Origin: Candidatus Poribacteria bacterium
GTDB lineage: Bacteria; Poribacteria; WGA-4E; UBA9662
Direction of reading: 5' to 3'
DNA: 64,000 nucleotides
Assembly: GCA_036339735.1 (NCBI GenBank)
Contig: JAYZAL010000036.1
Coordinates: forward strand, 1-64,000
In this document: piece after piece, positions 51,213 to 61,777 of the stretch
Layout of the letters: each line of letters begins with the position of its first letter
Position numbering within the stretch: the first letter of the stretch is position 1
Notes under the pieces: generated by a model
What the model was told of the DNA's origin: nothing
Seen by the model: the letters and a program-made list of their open reading frames with translations, nothing else
Database searches by the model: none
Program-made: the position numbers and the translations under genes

Positions 51213-53093
51213 ATGCGATTCATTTTCCAATACTATCATTGGCTATCCTTAACTTTTTTTTGTCTCAATGTATATACCTATTCCAAGGCACTAAAAATTG
51301 ATGGTCAACCACAAGACATCAAAGTGGCCCAAATTAACATTTTTGGTAATGATCTGATCGGTGAATCTAAAATCAGAAGTGTGATGTCTTGTGAAATCGG
51401 TCAAGTGTATCAAGAGAAATTGCTTACTGAAGATATTAATCAAATTCTCCAAATCTATCAAAAAGAAGGATATGGTTGGACTAGTCTGAAAGTAAATAAA
51501 AGTAGTTTGGATTCACAGATCGTACTAGATTTGCATTTTGACGAAATCAAAAGTGTTAGCGTAAGAAGAATAAAAATTATTGGTAATCAATTATTTAAAG
51601 AGAGCGATTTGCAATCTGTATTGGCTCTCTCTGGGGACTTAACCAGAAAACGTCTGCAAGATGGTATTGACCGCTTGTTGGAATTCTATAGTGAATATGG
51701 CTACCCCAAAACCATAATTAGATTACAAAGCTTCCAGATATCCAAAATAGAAAGAAAACCAAAAAAACATCAACTGGACTTTCAACTCATAATCGAGGAA
51801 GGTAAAAAACAATATTTTGGAGAAGTACAGATTCGAGGTCTACAAAAGACAAAGTTTGCTTTGCTAGAGAAAGAACTTTTTATCAAATCAGGACAATTGT
51901 TCGATCAACGAAAAGTTGATCAGTCCATACATCGATTAAGAAATTTGGGCTATTTTTATCAAGTAAAATACCAATTGATCAGTTCTTCAAATACCAATAA
52001 CATAGATTTTGTCGCAGATGTAATTGAAGCGCGAACAGGTCGTTTAAGTGGTGTGATTGGTTTAAAGCCACAGTCTGAATCCGAAACGGATCAAACTCCT
52101 ACATCAACACAATTTGTAGGAATGCTTGAGGCAATGGACAACAACTTGTTTGGTAGTGGTAGAAAGATTAAGCTTCAATGGAAATCTATCCTTCCTTCGC
52201 ACTTCGAAATCGGATACGAAGAACCTTGGCTGTTAAATCGGCCAATTTCTCTGGGTTTATCCTACAGCAAAGTTTCTCGTTCATCAATTCCCAACCGGGA
52301 TGAAATCATGCCACAATCACGACAAGATTTCACCCAAATCACACAACCGAATTTGGCAGAAAATAGTCAGTATTCAATTTCGAGTGGGAAAGGATTTGGT
52401 GTCATACCATCGATTGATGAGCTAACGGCAAGTGCATATCTCAAAATTCGTTTTTTTCGTCAGCTTGAATCTCAATTCACCTTAAGCTACAAAAGGATTT
52501 TCCTTCCAGCGCCAAAAAACACCTTAACGAGGAGTATGAATAAAAAGTATGCCGTAAGAGCTGGCCTTATGAGTGATACACGAGATTTTTATTTGTCTCC
52601 GTCCACTGGGCATATTATGCGAATCGCATTTGAATCATCGAAAGGTGATCTGAACTACTACAAAGGGTGGATTGATTTAGAAAAGTTCTTTCAATTGTGG
52701 ACGAAGCAGGTTTTTGCAGTTGGTTCACATCTGGCTATAGCTTGGGGAGACGACCTGACACGTTTGTATTCTATTCCAACTGAACGTTTTTTTCTAGGAG
52801 GAGCAAAAAGCCTACGTGGGTACGAAGAAGATTGGTTTTCCGGTTTGCGCCGCTTCCACTCTAATTTGGAGTATCGTTACCATATTGGGTACCGATCTCA
52901 ATTGTTCATATTTCTAGATTGTGGTACAGTTGCCAAGCAAAATTGGCAATTTGATACTATCAAAATTGGGTACGGACCAGGCTTAAGATTGGAATCCCAG
53001 AAAGGTATTATATTCAAAATCGATTATGGCTTAGAACCAGATGGCACCTTGACTACAGGGAAATTGCATCTAAACTTGGGAGCGACATTTTAA
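51213..53093 (+). CDS. Omp85/BamA-TamA family outer-membrane protein
   Basis: About 3 POTRA-like domains, NNLFGSGR, YEEPWL, FFLGGAKSLRGY, terminal Phe. Confidence 0.88.
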   Translation: MRFIFQYYHWLSLTFFCLNVYTYSKALKIDGQPQDIKVAQINIFGNDLIGESKIRSVMSCEIGQVYQEKLLTEDINQILQIYQKEGYGWTSLKVNKSSLDSQIVLDLHFDEIKSVSVRRIKIIGNQLFKESDLQSVLALSGDLTRKRLQDGIDRLLEFYSEYGYPKTIIRLQSFQISKIERKPKKHQLDFQLIIEEGKKQYFGEVQIRGLQKTKFALLEKELFIKSGQLFDQRKVDQSIHRLRNLGYFYQVKYQLISSSNTNNIDFVADVIEARTGRLSGVIGLKPQSESETDQTPTSTQFVGMLEAMDNNLFGSGRKIKLQWKSILPSHFEIGYEEPWLLNRPISLGLSYSKVSRSSIPNRDEIMPQSRQDFTQITQPNLAENSQYSISSGKGFGVIPSIDELTASAYLKIRFFRQLESQFTLSYKRIFLPAPKNTLTRSMNKKYAVRAGLMSDTRDFYLSPSTGHIMRIAFESSKGDLNYYKGWIDLEKFFQLWTKQVFAVGSHLAIAWGDDLTRLYSIPTERFFLGGAKSLRGYEEDWFSGLRRFHSNLEYRYHIGYRSQLFIFLDCGTVAKQNWQFDTIKIGYGPGLRLESQKGIIFKIDYGLEPDGTLTTGKLHLNLGATF

Positions 53094-53367
53094 CATTTCT
53101 GTATTCAATCATGTTGATTGATAAAGCTTACAGGGTAGCTTTCTGGTCATGATTAACTGATCACTTCCAATGATGAAAGAGGTAACTCCTTTTGCTTGCT
53201 TTTTTATCGTGAAATATGTTAAATTTCGCGGGTGGGTGGATTGTCGGCCTGTTTATGGGTGCTAGTTGTTAATTGAGCATAGAAAACTCAAAACATCGGC
53301 TGCTTAACTAGCCAGTTTACATATTCTCCGAGCCTTTCTCGGTTCATTTTGATTGACCGAGATCATC

Positions 53368-53402
53368 AAGAGTGGGATACTTCTCCCGCTCTTTTGTTTT
53401 TT
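53368..53402 (+). promoter_or_regulatory. rimP-leader terminator/attenuator hairpin
   Basis: AAGAGTGGGA-N6-TCCCGCTCTT plus T-run just before rimP, matching the known rimP-leader GGG...CCC hairpin. Confidence 0.75.
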
Positions 53403-53409
53403 AGGGACA

Positions 53410-53913
53410 GTGTCCACACAATCTTTAAAAGAGTCAATTTTTAGTCTAGTTCAACCAGTTCTCCAATCCGAAGAAGCAGAGCTGGTTGATGTGGAGTTTG
53501 AGGGGGAACCCAATGGGAAAACTCTTCGAATTCTAGTACATAAAAAGGGTGGAGTCTCAGTGGAGGACTGCCGTCACATAACTAAAATAATTCAACCGAT
53601 TCTGTCTGTACATCAACTCTTAGCAGATAATTGGGCGTTTGAAGTCTCGTCGCCGGGTATAGATCGTCCACTAGTTTCACATGACGATTTTCGTCGCAAC
53701 CAAGGCCAGCTGATTTCTGTGCAATATCTGGATCAGGGAAAACTTAAGCAGTCTGTAGGACGAATTGAGTCAATTGCAGATACGTCGATTTTGATAAAAG
53801 TACAAGGTACGAAGCCAAAAAGACAAAAAAAATCACCTCGAAAATCTCAAGCTCAACTGATCGAGGTTGAAATTGCCGATATTCAGAGCGCACAGATTGA
53901 GCTTGTTTGGTGA
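53410..53913 (+). CDS. rimP: Ribosome maturation factor RimP
   Basis: ELVDVEF, GVSVEDC, EVSSPGIDRPL. GTG 53410 lies after the leader hairpin. Confidence 0.93.
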   Translation: MSTQSLKESIFSLVQPVLQSEEAELVDVEFEGEPNGKTLRILVHKKGGVSVEDCRHITKIIQPILSVHQLLADNWAFEVSSPGIDRPLVSHDDFRRNQGQLISVQYLDQGKLKQSVGRIESIADTSILIKVQGTKPKRQKKSPRKSQAQLIEVEIADIQSAQIELVW

Positions 53914-53974
53914 TCTACATCACATCATAAGGAAACAGGCAAGCAAGAAGGATAACCGAAGGTGAGGAAAACGA

Positions 53975-55285
53975 ATGAATGATCTAATTGCTACAGTTCG
54001 CCAAATGATGGGGCAAACTGAATTGCCGCAGGAGATTTTTATAGATGCGATCGAGACTGCGTTGATGCAAGCAGCTCGGCGAAGATACGGAACAACCGAC
54101 GGGATTAGGATTATGATTGATGGCGATTCGGGTCTTATTCGTTGTTTTGTTCCTAAGAAAGTCGTCAATATCATGAGGAGTTACGCGAAGGAAATCCCGA
54201 TTGAAGAAGCACTAGAAGTGAAATCAGATGCTGAGATTGGCGAAACTATCGAAGTTGAAGTAGACCTCAAAGATTTTGGTCGAATTGAAGCCTCCACTGC
54301 TCGCCAAATACTAGCCCAGAAAATTAAGGATGCAGAAAGGCAGCAAGTCTTACAGGAATTTCATGAAAAGGTAGGTGAGCTAGTTACTGGCTACGTACAC
54401 AGAATAGAAAATCGGAGCGTTATCTTGGAACTCGATCGAACTGAGGGGATTCTGCCTCATAATGATTTGGCCGAATTCTCATCTTATGGCCGCCCTAACT
54501 TCCGCAGAGGTGAAGCCCTAAAATGCCTCGTTGTCAATGTGGCCGACACAAATCACGGGCCGGAAATAATACTATCTAGGGCAAGCAATAATTTGGTTGC
54601 GAGGCTTTTTGAGTTGGAAGTTCCAGAAGTAGAGGATGGACTGGTTGAAGTTAAATCTATCGCTAGAGATGCTGGTGATCGTTCCAAAGTTGCGGTCCAT
54701 TCTAACGAACAGGGACTTGATCCCGTTGGCACTTGTGTTGGGATTAGAGGATCACGTGTCCGAGCTATAGTAGAAGAGTTGAATGGTGAAAAAGTCGAAC
54801 TGATACAGTGGAATTCAGACCCAACCATTTTTGTCAAAAATGCATTACAACCCGCCAAAATCTCTCGGGCAAGCCTAAGCGACACCGAAGAAGGAGTGGT
54901 AAAGGTAATAGTTCCCGATGATCAGCTTTCGCTGGCAATTGGTAAAAGAGGACAAAACGTTCGTCTCTCGGCACGATTGACTAGCCACCGTATTGACATT
55001 GTTAGTGAATCAGAATCGGTCGATCAACTAAAAGCGGAAATGGCAAGTGTATTTGCGAATCATCTTAAAAAAGATGAAGCAAGTAATCTGGAAGATAACC
55101 CAATAACATCAATTGATGGGGTCGGCCCAAAAATAGCAAGCATTCTGAATACAGCTGGATACGTTACAATTGACGATGTTATAAATGCAAGTATAGATGA
55201 TTTAGCCAGCTTGGAGGGGATAGGCACAAAGACAGCCAAACGGATTTACCAGTCAGCAGAAGCAGTAGAAACTGAATCGGATTAA
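53975..55285 (+). CDS. nusA: Transcription factor NusA
   Basis: FGRI...ARQ, LFELEVPE, CVGIRGSRV, AIGKRGQNVRL, C-terminal HhH motifs. Confidence 0.97.
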   Translation: MNDLIATVRQMMGQTELPQEIFIDAIETALMQAARRRYGTTDGIRIMIDGDSGLIRCFVPKKVVNIMRSYAKEIPIEEALEVKSDAEIGETIEVEVDLKDFGRIEASTARQILAQKIKDAERQQVLQEFHEKVGELVTGYVHRIENRSVILELDRTEGILPHNDLAEFSSYGRPNFRRGEALKCLVVNVADTNHGPEIILSRASNNLVARLFELEVPEVEDGLVEVKSIARDAGDRSKVAVHSNEQGLDPVGTCVGIRGSRVRAIVEELNGEKVELIQWNSDPTIFVKNALQPAKISRASLSDTEEGVVKVIVPDDQLSLAIGKRGQNVRLSARLTSHRIDIVSESESVDQLKAEMASVFANHLKKDEASNLEDNPITSIDGVGPKIASILNTAGYVTIDDVINASIDDLASLEGIGTKTAKRIYQSAEAVETESD

Positions 55286-55314
55286 GTTATTTGCTATAAA
55301 GTTGGAATAACCTC

Positions 55315-55644
55315 ATGCCCAAGCATATACCCTTTCGAACATGTTTGATCTGCCGTGCAAAAAAAGAAAAAAGTCAACTAATCCGAATTTCCCTCGATCC
55401 TGATGGAAGTATTGTGGTTGGGAAGGTTCCCGAGAAGACAGGGAATAAAGTGTTTAGCACCGGGCGGGGCGTATATGTTTGTCCCCAAGAAAAATGTATT
55501 GACAAAATTACTAAATCAGTTGGTAAGTCTCGCAGAAAGCAGGCTTATGCCCTAAGTAGATCCTTTAGGCAAGTAATTAGCGTAGAAAACATGGATCAAT
55601 TAGAAAAAACTTTATCTGGCTTCATGACAAAATCGGCTATATAA
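55315..55644 (+). CDS. ylxR: YlxR/RnpM (DUF448) protein
   Basis: PFRTCLICR..K.K.QLIRI, GRGVYVC. Lies between nusA and infB. Confidence 0.88.
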   Translation: MPKHIPFRTCLICRAKKEKSQLIRISLDPDGSIVVGKVPEKTGNKVFSTGRGVYVCPQEKCIDKITKSVGKSRRKQAYALSRSFRQVISVENMDQLEKTLSGFMTKSAI

Positions 55645-55675
55645 AAAGAAAGCGCCTTTTAGAGTAGGAGGCAAT

Positions 55676-57784
55676 ATGACAGACCAACAAATACCTCAAG
55701 CTAACCAAGGCGGACATGCAAATGTCCGTGTCTATGCAATCGCGAAACAGTATGATCTAAGTAGTAAAGATTTCATCCAGAGATTAGCCGACTACGGTGT
55801 TTCTGTCAAAAGCCACATGAGTACGCTGGACGCGAAGACTTTAGAGTTAATTGAAACAAAATTCAGTGAAAACGCCGATGTTGCCGACACAAATACAGCT
55901 AATGAGAAGGCAGAAAAAGAGGAGGCTGCAGAACTAGATTCGAATGAAACGAAGAATAAGAAAAAAGTTAAATCAAAAAAGAATAAAAAAGAAAAAAAGA
56001 ACAAGAGAAAAAAAGATGTAGGCCCCTCAACCTTAAACACTGAGATTGAAATTGAAGAGGGGGTTTCGGTAGGGAGGTTAGCTAACACTTTGAACAAGCG
56101 GCCAACCGAGATTATCATGCAATTGATGAAATTAGGCGTGATGGCCAATGTTAACCAAAATTTGGATTTTGAGACTCTGACCTCTATTAGTTCGAGCTTC
56201 AATTTCGTTCCTGTGCGGCAGCTTACACTGGAGGAAATTAACCTTGTAGATGAAAGCGATGATCCTACAGATTTAATGCCGAGGGCGCCAGTGATAACTA
56301 TAATGGGCCATGTTGATCACGGGAAAACCTCCTTGTTGGATGCTGTCCGGCAATCAAATGTGTTACAAACAGAAGCTGGTAGTATTACTCAACATATTGG
56401 TGCTTATCATGTCGAATTGGATGGTGGGAAAGTCGTTTTTCTAGACACTCCAGGTCATGCGGCCTTCACTGCAATGCGATCTAGAGGGGCGGAAGTCACT
56501 GATTTAGTCGTGCTAATCGTGGCGGCAGACGACGGAATTATGCCACAAACCATAGAAGCAATCAGCCACGCAAAGGCTGCAAATGTTCCGATTGTTGTTG
56601 CTATCAATAAAATTGATGTAGCAACGGCTCGGCCAGATTTTGTGAAGCAACAATTAATTGAACAGGACCTAATGCCAGAAGAGTGGGGTGGGCAAACTAC
56701 AGTCGTCGAAATATCAGCTCTGGAGCGATTGGGTATTGATGATTTATTGGAATTGATCCTATTAGAAGCAGAACTGCTGGAATTAAAAGCTAACCCGGAC
56801 AAATTAGCACGAGCCACCGTTGTAGAAGCAAAATTGGACCGTGGGCGTGGTGCCGCAGCTACGATTCTAGTACAAGAAGGAACACTACGAGTCGGTGACG
56901 CTTTTGTTGCAGGAATGTACTCAGGGCGGGTGCGCGCCATGATAGACGACTGGGGAAAACCAATAGAAGAGGCTGGGCCTTCCACACCAGTGGAAGTGCT
57001 GGGGTTCAATGGCGTTCCAGAAGCAGGTGATGCTTTCTACGCAGTACGATCCGAGAAAGTGGCTAAGGAAATTAGTGATAAACGGCAAGCAGAACATCGG
57101 GAAAATAAACTGGGGGCTAATAGCCGGGTAACACTAGAGGCTCTATTTGAGCAAGTCAAATCTGGTAACGTTAAAGACCTAAATGTTATTTTAAAAGGAG
57201 ATGTGCAGGGATCAGTACAAGCTATTGCTCAATCTCTAATAGAACAAGGCAATAAAGAGGTTGGAGTTAATGTTATCCATCAAGCCGTCGGCGGAATTAC
57301 CGAGGCAGATATACTGCTGGCTACGGCGTCCAACGCAATTGTGGTAGGTTTCAACGTACACCCCACCACGGAAGCCCTACGCACGTCAGATTCTGAAGGA
57401 ATCGATGTGCGCAGTTACAATGTTATTTACGAACTTATTAATGATGTGCGCTCGGCTATAGAGGGTATGTTAGAGCCTGAAGTACGAGAAGTCGTATTAG
57501 GTCGAGCTGTGATTCGCGAAATTTTCCAAGTCCCCCGAGCTGGTATAGTTGCAGGCAGTTATGTAAACTGGGGTAAAGTCGTTCATAATCAACCTTTGAG
57601 AGTACTAAGAAATAATCGACTCATTTACGAAGGAAAAACTGACTCGCTCAGACGTTTCCAAGATAATGTTAACGAAGTCGCGACTAATTATGAATGTGGT
57701 ATTTCTATTGATGGATTTGACGATTTCAAAATCGATGATGTGTTAGAGTGTTATACTGAGGAGTACATAGCTCGTAAATTGTGA
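55676..57784 (+). CDS. infB: Translation initiation factor IF-2
   Basis: [33 protein letters not shown]. Confidence 0.98.
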   Translation: MTDQQIPQANQGGHANVRVYAIAKQYDLSSKDFIQRLADYGVSVKSHMSTLDAKTLELIETKFSENADVADTNTANEKAEKEEAAELDSNETKNKKKVKSKKNKKEKKNKRKKDVGPSTLNTEIEIEEGVSVGRLANTLNKRPTEIIMQLMKLGVMANVNQNLDFETLTSISSSFNFVPVRQLTLEEINLVDESDDPTDLMPRAPVITIMGHVDHGKTSLLDAVRQSNVLQTEAGSITQHIGAYHVELDGGKVVFLDTPGHAAFTAMRSRGAEVTDLVVLIVAADDGIMPQTIEAISHAKAANVPIVVAINKIDVATARPDFVKQQLIEQDLMPEEWGGQTTVVEISALERLGIDDLLELILLEAELLELKANPDKLARATVVEAKLDRGRGAAATILVQEGTLRVGDAFVAGMYSGRVRAMIDDWGKPIEEAGPSTPVEVLGFNGVPEAGDAFYAVRSEKVAKEISDKRQAEHRENKLGANSRVTLEALFEQVKSGNVKDLNVILKGDVQGSVQAIAQSLIEQGNKEVGVNVIHQAVGGITEADILLATASNAIVVGFNVHPTTEALRTSDSEGIDVRSYNVIYELINDVRSAIEGMLEPEVREVVLGRAVIREIFQVPRAGIVAGSYVNWGKVVHNQPLRVLRNNRLIYEGKTDSLRRFQDNVNEVATNYECGISIDGFDDFKIDDVLECYTEEYIARKL

Positions 57785-57808
57785 GTTCCTGACTGAATTG
57801 TGTTAGTC

Positions 57809-58093
57809 ATGCGTGTCGGCGTTTGTACCGCTTACTTGTTAATACCAGAAAGTCAATCACTAAAAGACAAGCGAAGAGTTGTTAAAAGTTTGCTGGCAAA
57901 ACTCGGGAATCGTTTTAATATAGCGGTTTCTGAAATTGGCGATTTGGATACTCCCAAGAGATCAGTGATAGGTATCGTGTCTATATCCAATGATTCTCGG
58001 CATCTGAACCAAATGTTGTCTAAAGTTGTTGGGTTTATTGAGAAAATGAATTTAGCGATTCTCGTTGACTATGAGATTGATTTGAGTTACTGA
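57809..58093 (+). CDS. DUF503/YlxP family protein
   Basis: SLKDKRRVVKS...RFNIAVSE. Lies between infB and rbfA. Confidence 0.88.
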   Translation: MRVGVCTAYLLIPESQSLKDKRRVVKSLLAKLGNRFNIAVSEIGDLDTPKRSVIGIVSISNDSRHLNQMLSKVVGFIEKMNLAILVDYEIDLSY

Positions 58094-58122
58094 TTGTTAA
58101 TTATTATGATACTGGGGCAAAT

Positions 58123-58470
58123 ATGGCAGGTTCTAAACGAATAGACCGAGTCTCAGAGATGGTCCAACGCGAATTAAGCTGGATCTTGCAAAACGAGATT
58201 CGTGACCCACGTCTTTCGTTTTGTACTGTCACGCATGTTGAATTGTCGCCTGATCTCCGATATGCTAAGGTGAAAATCAGTTCAGTTAATGAGTCGACTG
58301 ATGAACTACTTCCGGCTTTGAAAAAAGCTAGTAAATTCCTGCGACGACAAGTTGGACATAGGCTTGAACTGAAGCATGTTCCCGAACTATTTTTTAGTAT
58401 AGATGATACTGTTGATAGACTGATAAAAATCGACCAGATGCTTGCTGGACTAAGAGATTCGGATTATTGA
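58123..58470 (+). CDS. rbfA: Ribosome-binding factor A
   Basis: RIDRVSE, DPRL, VELSPDLRYAKV, VPELFF. Confidence 0.95.
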   Translation: MAGSKRIDRVSEMVQRELSWILQNEIRDPRLSFCTVTHVELSPDLRYAKVKISSVNESTDELLPALKKASKFLRRQVGHRLELKHVPELFFSIDDTVDRLIKIDQMLAGLRDSDY

Positions 58471-58576
58471 GTTCCTTTCTGTGGATCAAGAGTTTTGAAT
58501 TTAACCGATGGGTTTTGGCTCATCCTGTCTATGCTGTCATCACCTATCCTAAGTAGATTATATTAGAACCAAACTA

Positions 58577-59566
58577 ATGGTACAAAAGTATTTTGAAGTT
58601 CTGAACCTGTTCGGCCAGTACAAACACTTTGCACTTTCGACACATTTAAACCCAGATGGGGACGCCCTCGGTTCTGAATTAGCGATCTATTCTGTTTTAA
58701 AAGAGCTAGGTAAGCGTGTTCACATTTTCAATTCTGACCCGACACCAGATAATTATCATTTTTTGCCTTTCCATCAATACATTAAATCACCTTCCGAAGT
58801 TAGGAAAGTATACTCAAATTTTTCGCCCGAAGTCTTAGTTGTCTTGGATGCGGGCAGCTTAAGCCGAATAGGCGATAAATTAGCGCACCAGCTACAGCCC
58901 ACTGAGTTCGTTGTCAATATTGATCATCACCACACATCAGCCCCGTTCGGTGACATAAATATCATTGAAACTCAAGCCTCGTCGACTTCAGAGATCGTCT
59001 ATCGTATTATCCAGTCTAGCGGGTTGGAGATTGGGAAAGAACGCGCTATCTGCTTGTACACAGGACTAATGTTTGACACCGGTTGTTTTCGTTATTCCAA
59101 TTCTACATCTACTGCACACCAAATGGCCGCTGACTTGATTGAAGAGGGCGTTTCTGTTGACGAAGTATATCGATATGTTTATGATACAGTCCCCAAAATA
59201 CGTTTACATCTATTGGGAGATGTTTTACAAACACTAGAAACGTCTGTAGATGGGAAGATTGCTTGGCTAAAAGTCACACAGAAAATGCTGAAAAAAAATG
59301 GGTGCGGTTTTAGTCAATTAGAGGGGTTTGTAAACTACATTCGAGCAATTGATTCAGTCGAAGTAGCTATCATCGCAGGTGAATTAGAAAATGGTTTTAC
59401 CAAGTTTAGTTTACGTAGCAAAAATAGGGTCGATGTTAGTCGGATTTGTGGCTTGTATGGTGGGGGAGGCCATCAAAAAGCGGCTGGCTGCCTAATTGAG
59501 AAGCCCATAAATGAAGCTTTGGCTCAATTAACTGATGCTGCACAATTACAGATTGATGAATATTAA
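58577..59566 (+). CDS. nrnA: DHH/DHHA1 oligoribonuclease NrnA
   Basis: HLNPDGDALGS, NIDHH, DTGCF, GGGGHQKAAG. Confidence 0.92.
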   Translation: MVQKYFEVLNLFGQYKHFALSTHLNPDGDALGSELAIYSVLKELGKRVHIFNSDPTPDNYHFLPFHQYIKSPSEVRKVYSNFSPEVLVVLDAGSLSRIGDKLAHQLQPTEFVVNIDHHHTSAPFGDINIIETQASSTSEIVYRIIQSSGLEIGKERAICLYTGLMFDTGCFRYSNSTSTAHQMAADLIEEGVSVDEVYRYVYDTVPKIRLHLLGDVLQTLETSVDGKIAWLKVTQKMLKKNGCGFSQLEGFVNYIRAIDSVEVAIIAGELENGFTKFSLRSKNRVDVSRICGLYGGGGHQKAAGCLIEKPINEALAQLTDAAQLQIDEY

Positions 59567-59571
59567 ATAGC

Positions 59572-60327
59572 ATGAATGGTATTATAAACTTAAATAAATC
59601 AGGGGGAATTAGCTCTCGGAGAGCCGTTGATCAGGTACAGAGGCTGCTAGGAATCAAAAAAGCTGGGCATGGTGGCACCCTAGATCCGACGGCAACAGGT
59701 GTTTTATTGGTTTGCCTAGGTCGTGCCACTAAACTATTTGACGCGTTACAAATTGGTACCAAGACTTACGAGGCTACGATGCTACTGGGCATAACGACCG
59801 ACAGCTTTGATACCAGTGGTAAAATTCTTACAAGATCAGTTGCTGATCACATTACTATTGAGCAAATTGAACAATCCTTAGGACACTTTAGAGGTCCGAT
59901 TCAGCAAACTGTTCCTATGTTTTCGGCAATCAAGCGAAAAGGTCAACCTTTGTACAAAATGGCTAGAAAGGGAATCCAGCTCGATAAACTCCCTACTCGT
60001 CAGGTCAAAATTGACCAGCTAAAACTGATTTCAGGAGAATTATCAGCCGACAATACATTACCTGAGGTGAAAATATCTGTGGTTTGTAGTAAAGGTACCT
60101 ACATAAGATCTTTAGTTTCAGATATTGGACAAAAACTAAATTGTGGAGCCGTTTTATCCCAACTCAACCGAACAAGCTCTGGTATTTTTCATTTATCAGA
60201 CGCTCATACTATAGATCAACTAAAAAGCAAAAACTCAATCGAACACGAAATTATCATTCCATTTGAACAGGCGAGTCAAATGTTAGGCCAGTATCGAGAA
60301 CAATTTTCTTTAATAAAAAAAACGTAA
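59572..60327 (+). CDS. truB: tRNA pseudouridine(55) synthase
   Basis: KAGHGGTLDPTATGVL, PMFSAIK..G..LY, CSKGTYIRSL. Short, apparently lacks the PUA domain. Confidence 0.95.
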   Translation: MNGIINLNKSGGISSRRAVDQVQRLLGIKKAGHGGTLDPTATGVLLVCLGRATKLFDALQIGTKTYEATMLLGITTDSFDTSGKILTRSVADHITIEQIEQSLGHFRGPIQQTVPMFSAIKRKGQPLYKMARKGIQLDKLPTRQVKIDQLKLISGELSADNTLPEVKISVVCSKGTYIRSLVSDIGQKLNCGAVLSQLNRTSSGIFHLSDAHTIDQLKSKNSIEHEIIIPFEQASQMLGQYREQFSLIKKT

Positions 60328-60341
60328 CGTAAAAATACATT

Positions 60342-61292
60342 GTGACAATCATCCAAGGCTACGATCCATCTTTCACAAGAGATGGTATTGGTCTCAGTAT
60401 TGGTGTATTTGATGGAGTACATATTGGGCACCAATCTATCCTTCAAAAGTTGTATGATTGGGGGCAAGGAGCTCAATTACCAACAGCTGTGCTAACATTT
60501 GAGCCATCTCCAATAGAGCTATTGAAACCGAATCTGGCCCCTCCCAAACTGACACAGTCGAGCCAGAAAATTGAAATTTTGCAAAGTTTTGGAATCGGTG
60601 CAGCCTTTACTCTTCGGTTCAACACGGAAACGTCGAATATGTCGGCTGCTGATTTTATCTCTGAGATTTTAGTTGACCAATTAAGGACTAGACATTTGGT
60701 GATTGGATATGATTGGCACTTTGGCAAAGATCGTGGCGGAACTATCGAAACCCTAGAGAAATATGGCGAGAAATATGGGTTTAGTATATCGGTAGTTGAG
60801 CAGCGACAAATCGATGGACAATCTGTCCATAGTACTAAAATACGATCAGCTATTGCAGAAGGAGATCTGGAATTAGCCAGGGCGATGCTAACCCGTCCGC
60901 ACACATTGCGAGGTCGAGTGATAAGGGGTGACCAACGGGGGCGTCAGATAGGTTTTCCAACAGCCAATATTGATGCTGGACGACAAGTTTTACCACCAAG
61001 TGGTGTATACGCGACATCGGTTGCGTTAAAAACCTCGAACTCAGAATTTTCAACAATCTATGAAAGTGTGGCCAACATTGGTATTCAACCCACCTTCGGA
61101 CGAAATGATTCAAAAATCGAAGTCCATATTCTAGATTTTAATCAGGAAATCTATGGGAAAGAATTAGATGTCGTTTTGCAAGAAAAGATTCGAAATGAAA
61201 TGGAGTTTCCAGACACACAATGCCTAGCTAAACAAATCCGAGAAGATATTAAGGCAGCACGATCGATATTGAGTGATTCGTATTTTATTTAA
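60342..61292 (+). CDS. ribF: Riboflavin kinase/FAD synthetase
   Basis: IGVFDGVHIGHQ, STKIR, GRQIGFPTAN, EVHILDF. Confidence 0.96.
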   Translation: MTIIQGYDPSFTRDGIGLSIGVFDGVHIGHQSILQKLYDWGQGAQLPTAVLTFEPSPIELLKPNLAPPKLTQSSQKIEILQSFGIGAAFTLRFNTETSNMSAADFISEILVDQLRTRHLVIGYDWHFGKDRGGTIETLEKYGEKYGFSISVVEQRQIDGQSVHSTKIRSAIAEGDLELARAMLTRPHTLRGRVIRGDQRGRQIGFPTANIDAGRQVLPPSGVYATSVALKTSNSEFSTIYESVANIGIQPTFGRNDSKIEVHILDFNQEIYGKELDVVLQEKIRNEMEFPDTQCLAKQIREDIKAARSILSDSYFI

Positions 61293-61425
61293 AAATGTCT
61301 ACCTTTGTTAGTCCCATGATCTTTGTCAATCAATTGATGGGGATTGAAAACATATTTATGTTATAATGTGGGCTTGCAGAGTGGAATTTTGGATGTAGTT
61401 ACTGAAATAAAGGAGAAGATTGATC

Positions 61426-61713
61426 GTGGGTTTAGACAAAAGAGAGACTCAAGAAATTCTAGAAGATCATAAAAAGCACGATACTGATACGGGCTCACCT
61501 GAGGTTCAAATTTCATTGTTAAATGCTAGGATTAAGCAACTAACCGAACATTTACGAACACATACCAAAGACCATCATTCTCGGTATGGAATGTTCAAAT
61601 TGGTTGGGCGGCAAAGGCGATTGCTGCGCTATCTGTATAATGCCGATGCCCCTCGCTATCGCCAATTAATCCAGAAACTTGGCCTTAGAGATGTAATCAG
61701 TAGAAGAGGATAA
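61426..61713 (+). CDS. rpsO: 30S ribosomal protein S15
   Basis: [34 protein letters not shown]. Start GTG 61426 or TTG 61420. Confidence 0.96.
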   Translation: MGLDKRETQEILEDHKKHDTDTGSPEVQISLLNARIKQLTEHLRTHTKDHHSRYGMFKLVGRQRRLLRYLYNADAPRYRQLIQKLGLRDVISRRG

Positions 61714-61777
61714 TCATCGATACAGCCCAGTGGACGCATGAGAAGTGGAGTTAGGAAACATAAGGAGCAAGAAATAA

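Noticed and set aside
55945-56015. A-rich low-complexity stretch
   Set aside because: It encodes the Lys-rich linker of IF-2 in frame and is not a repeat element or frameshift.
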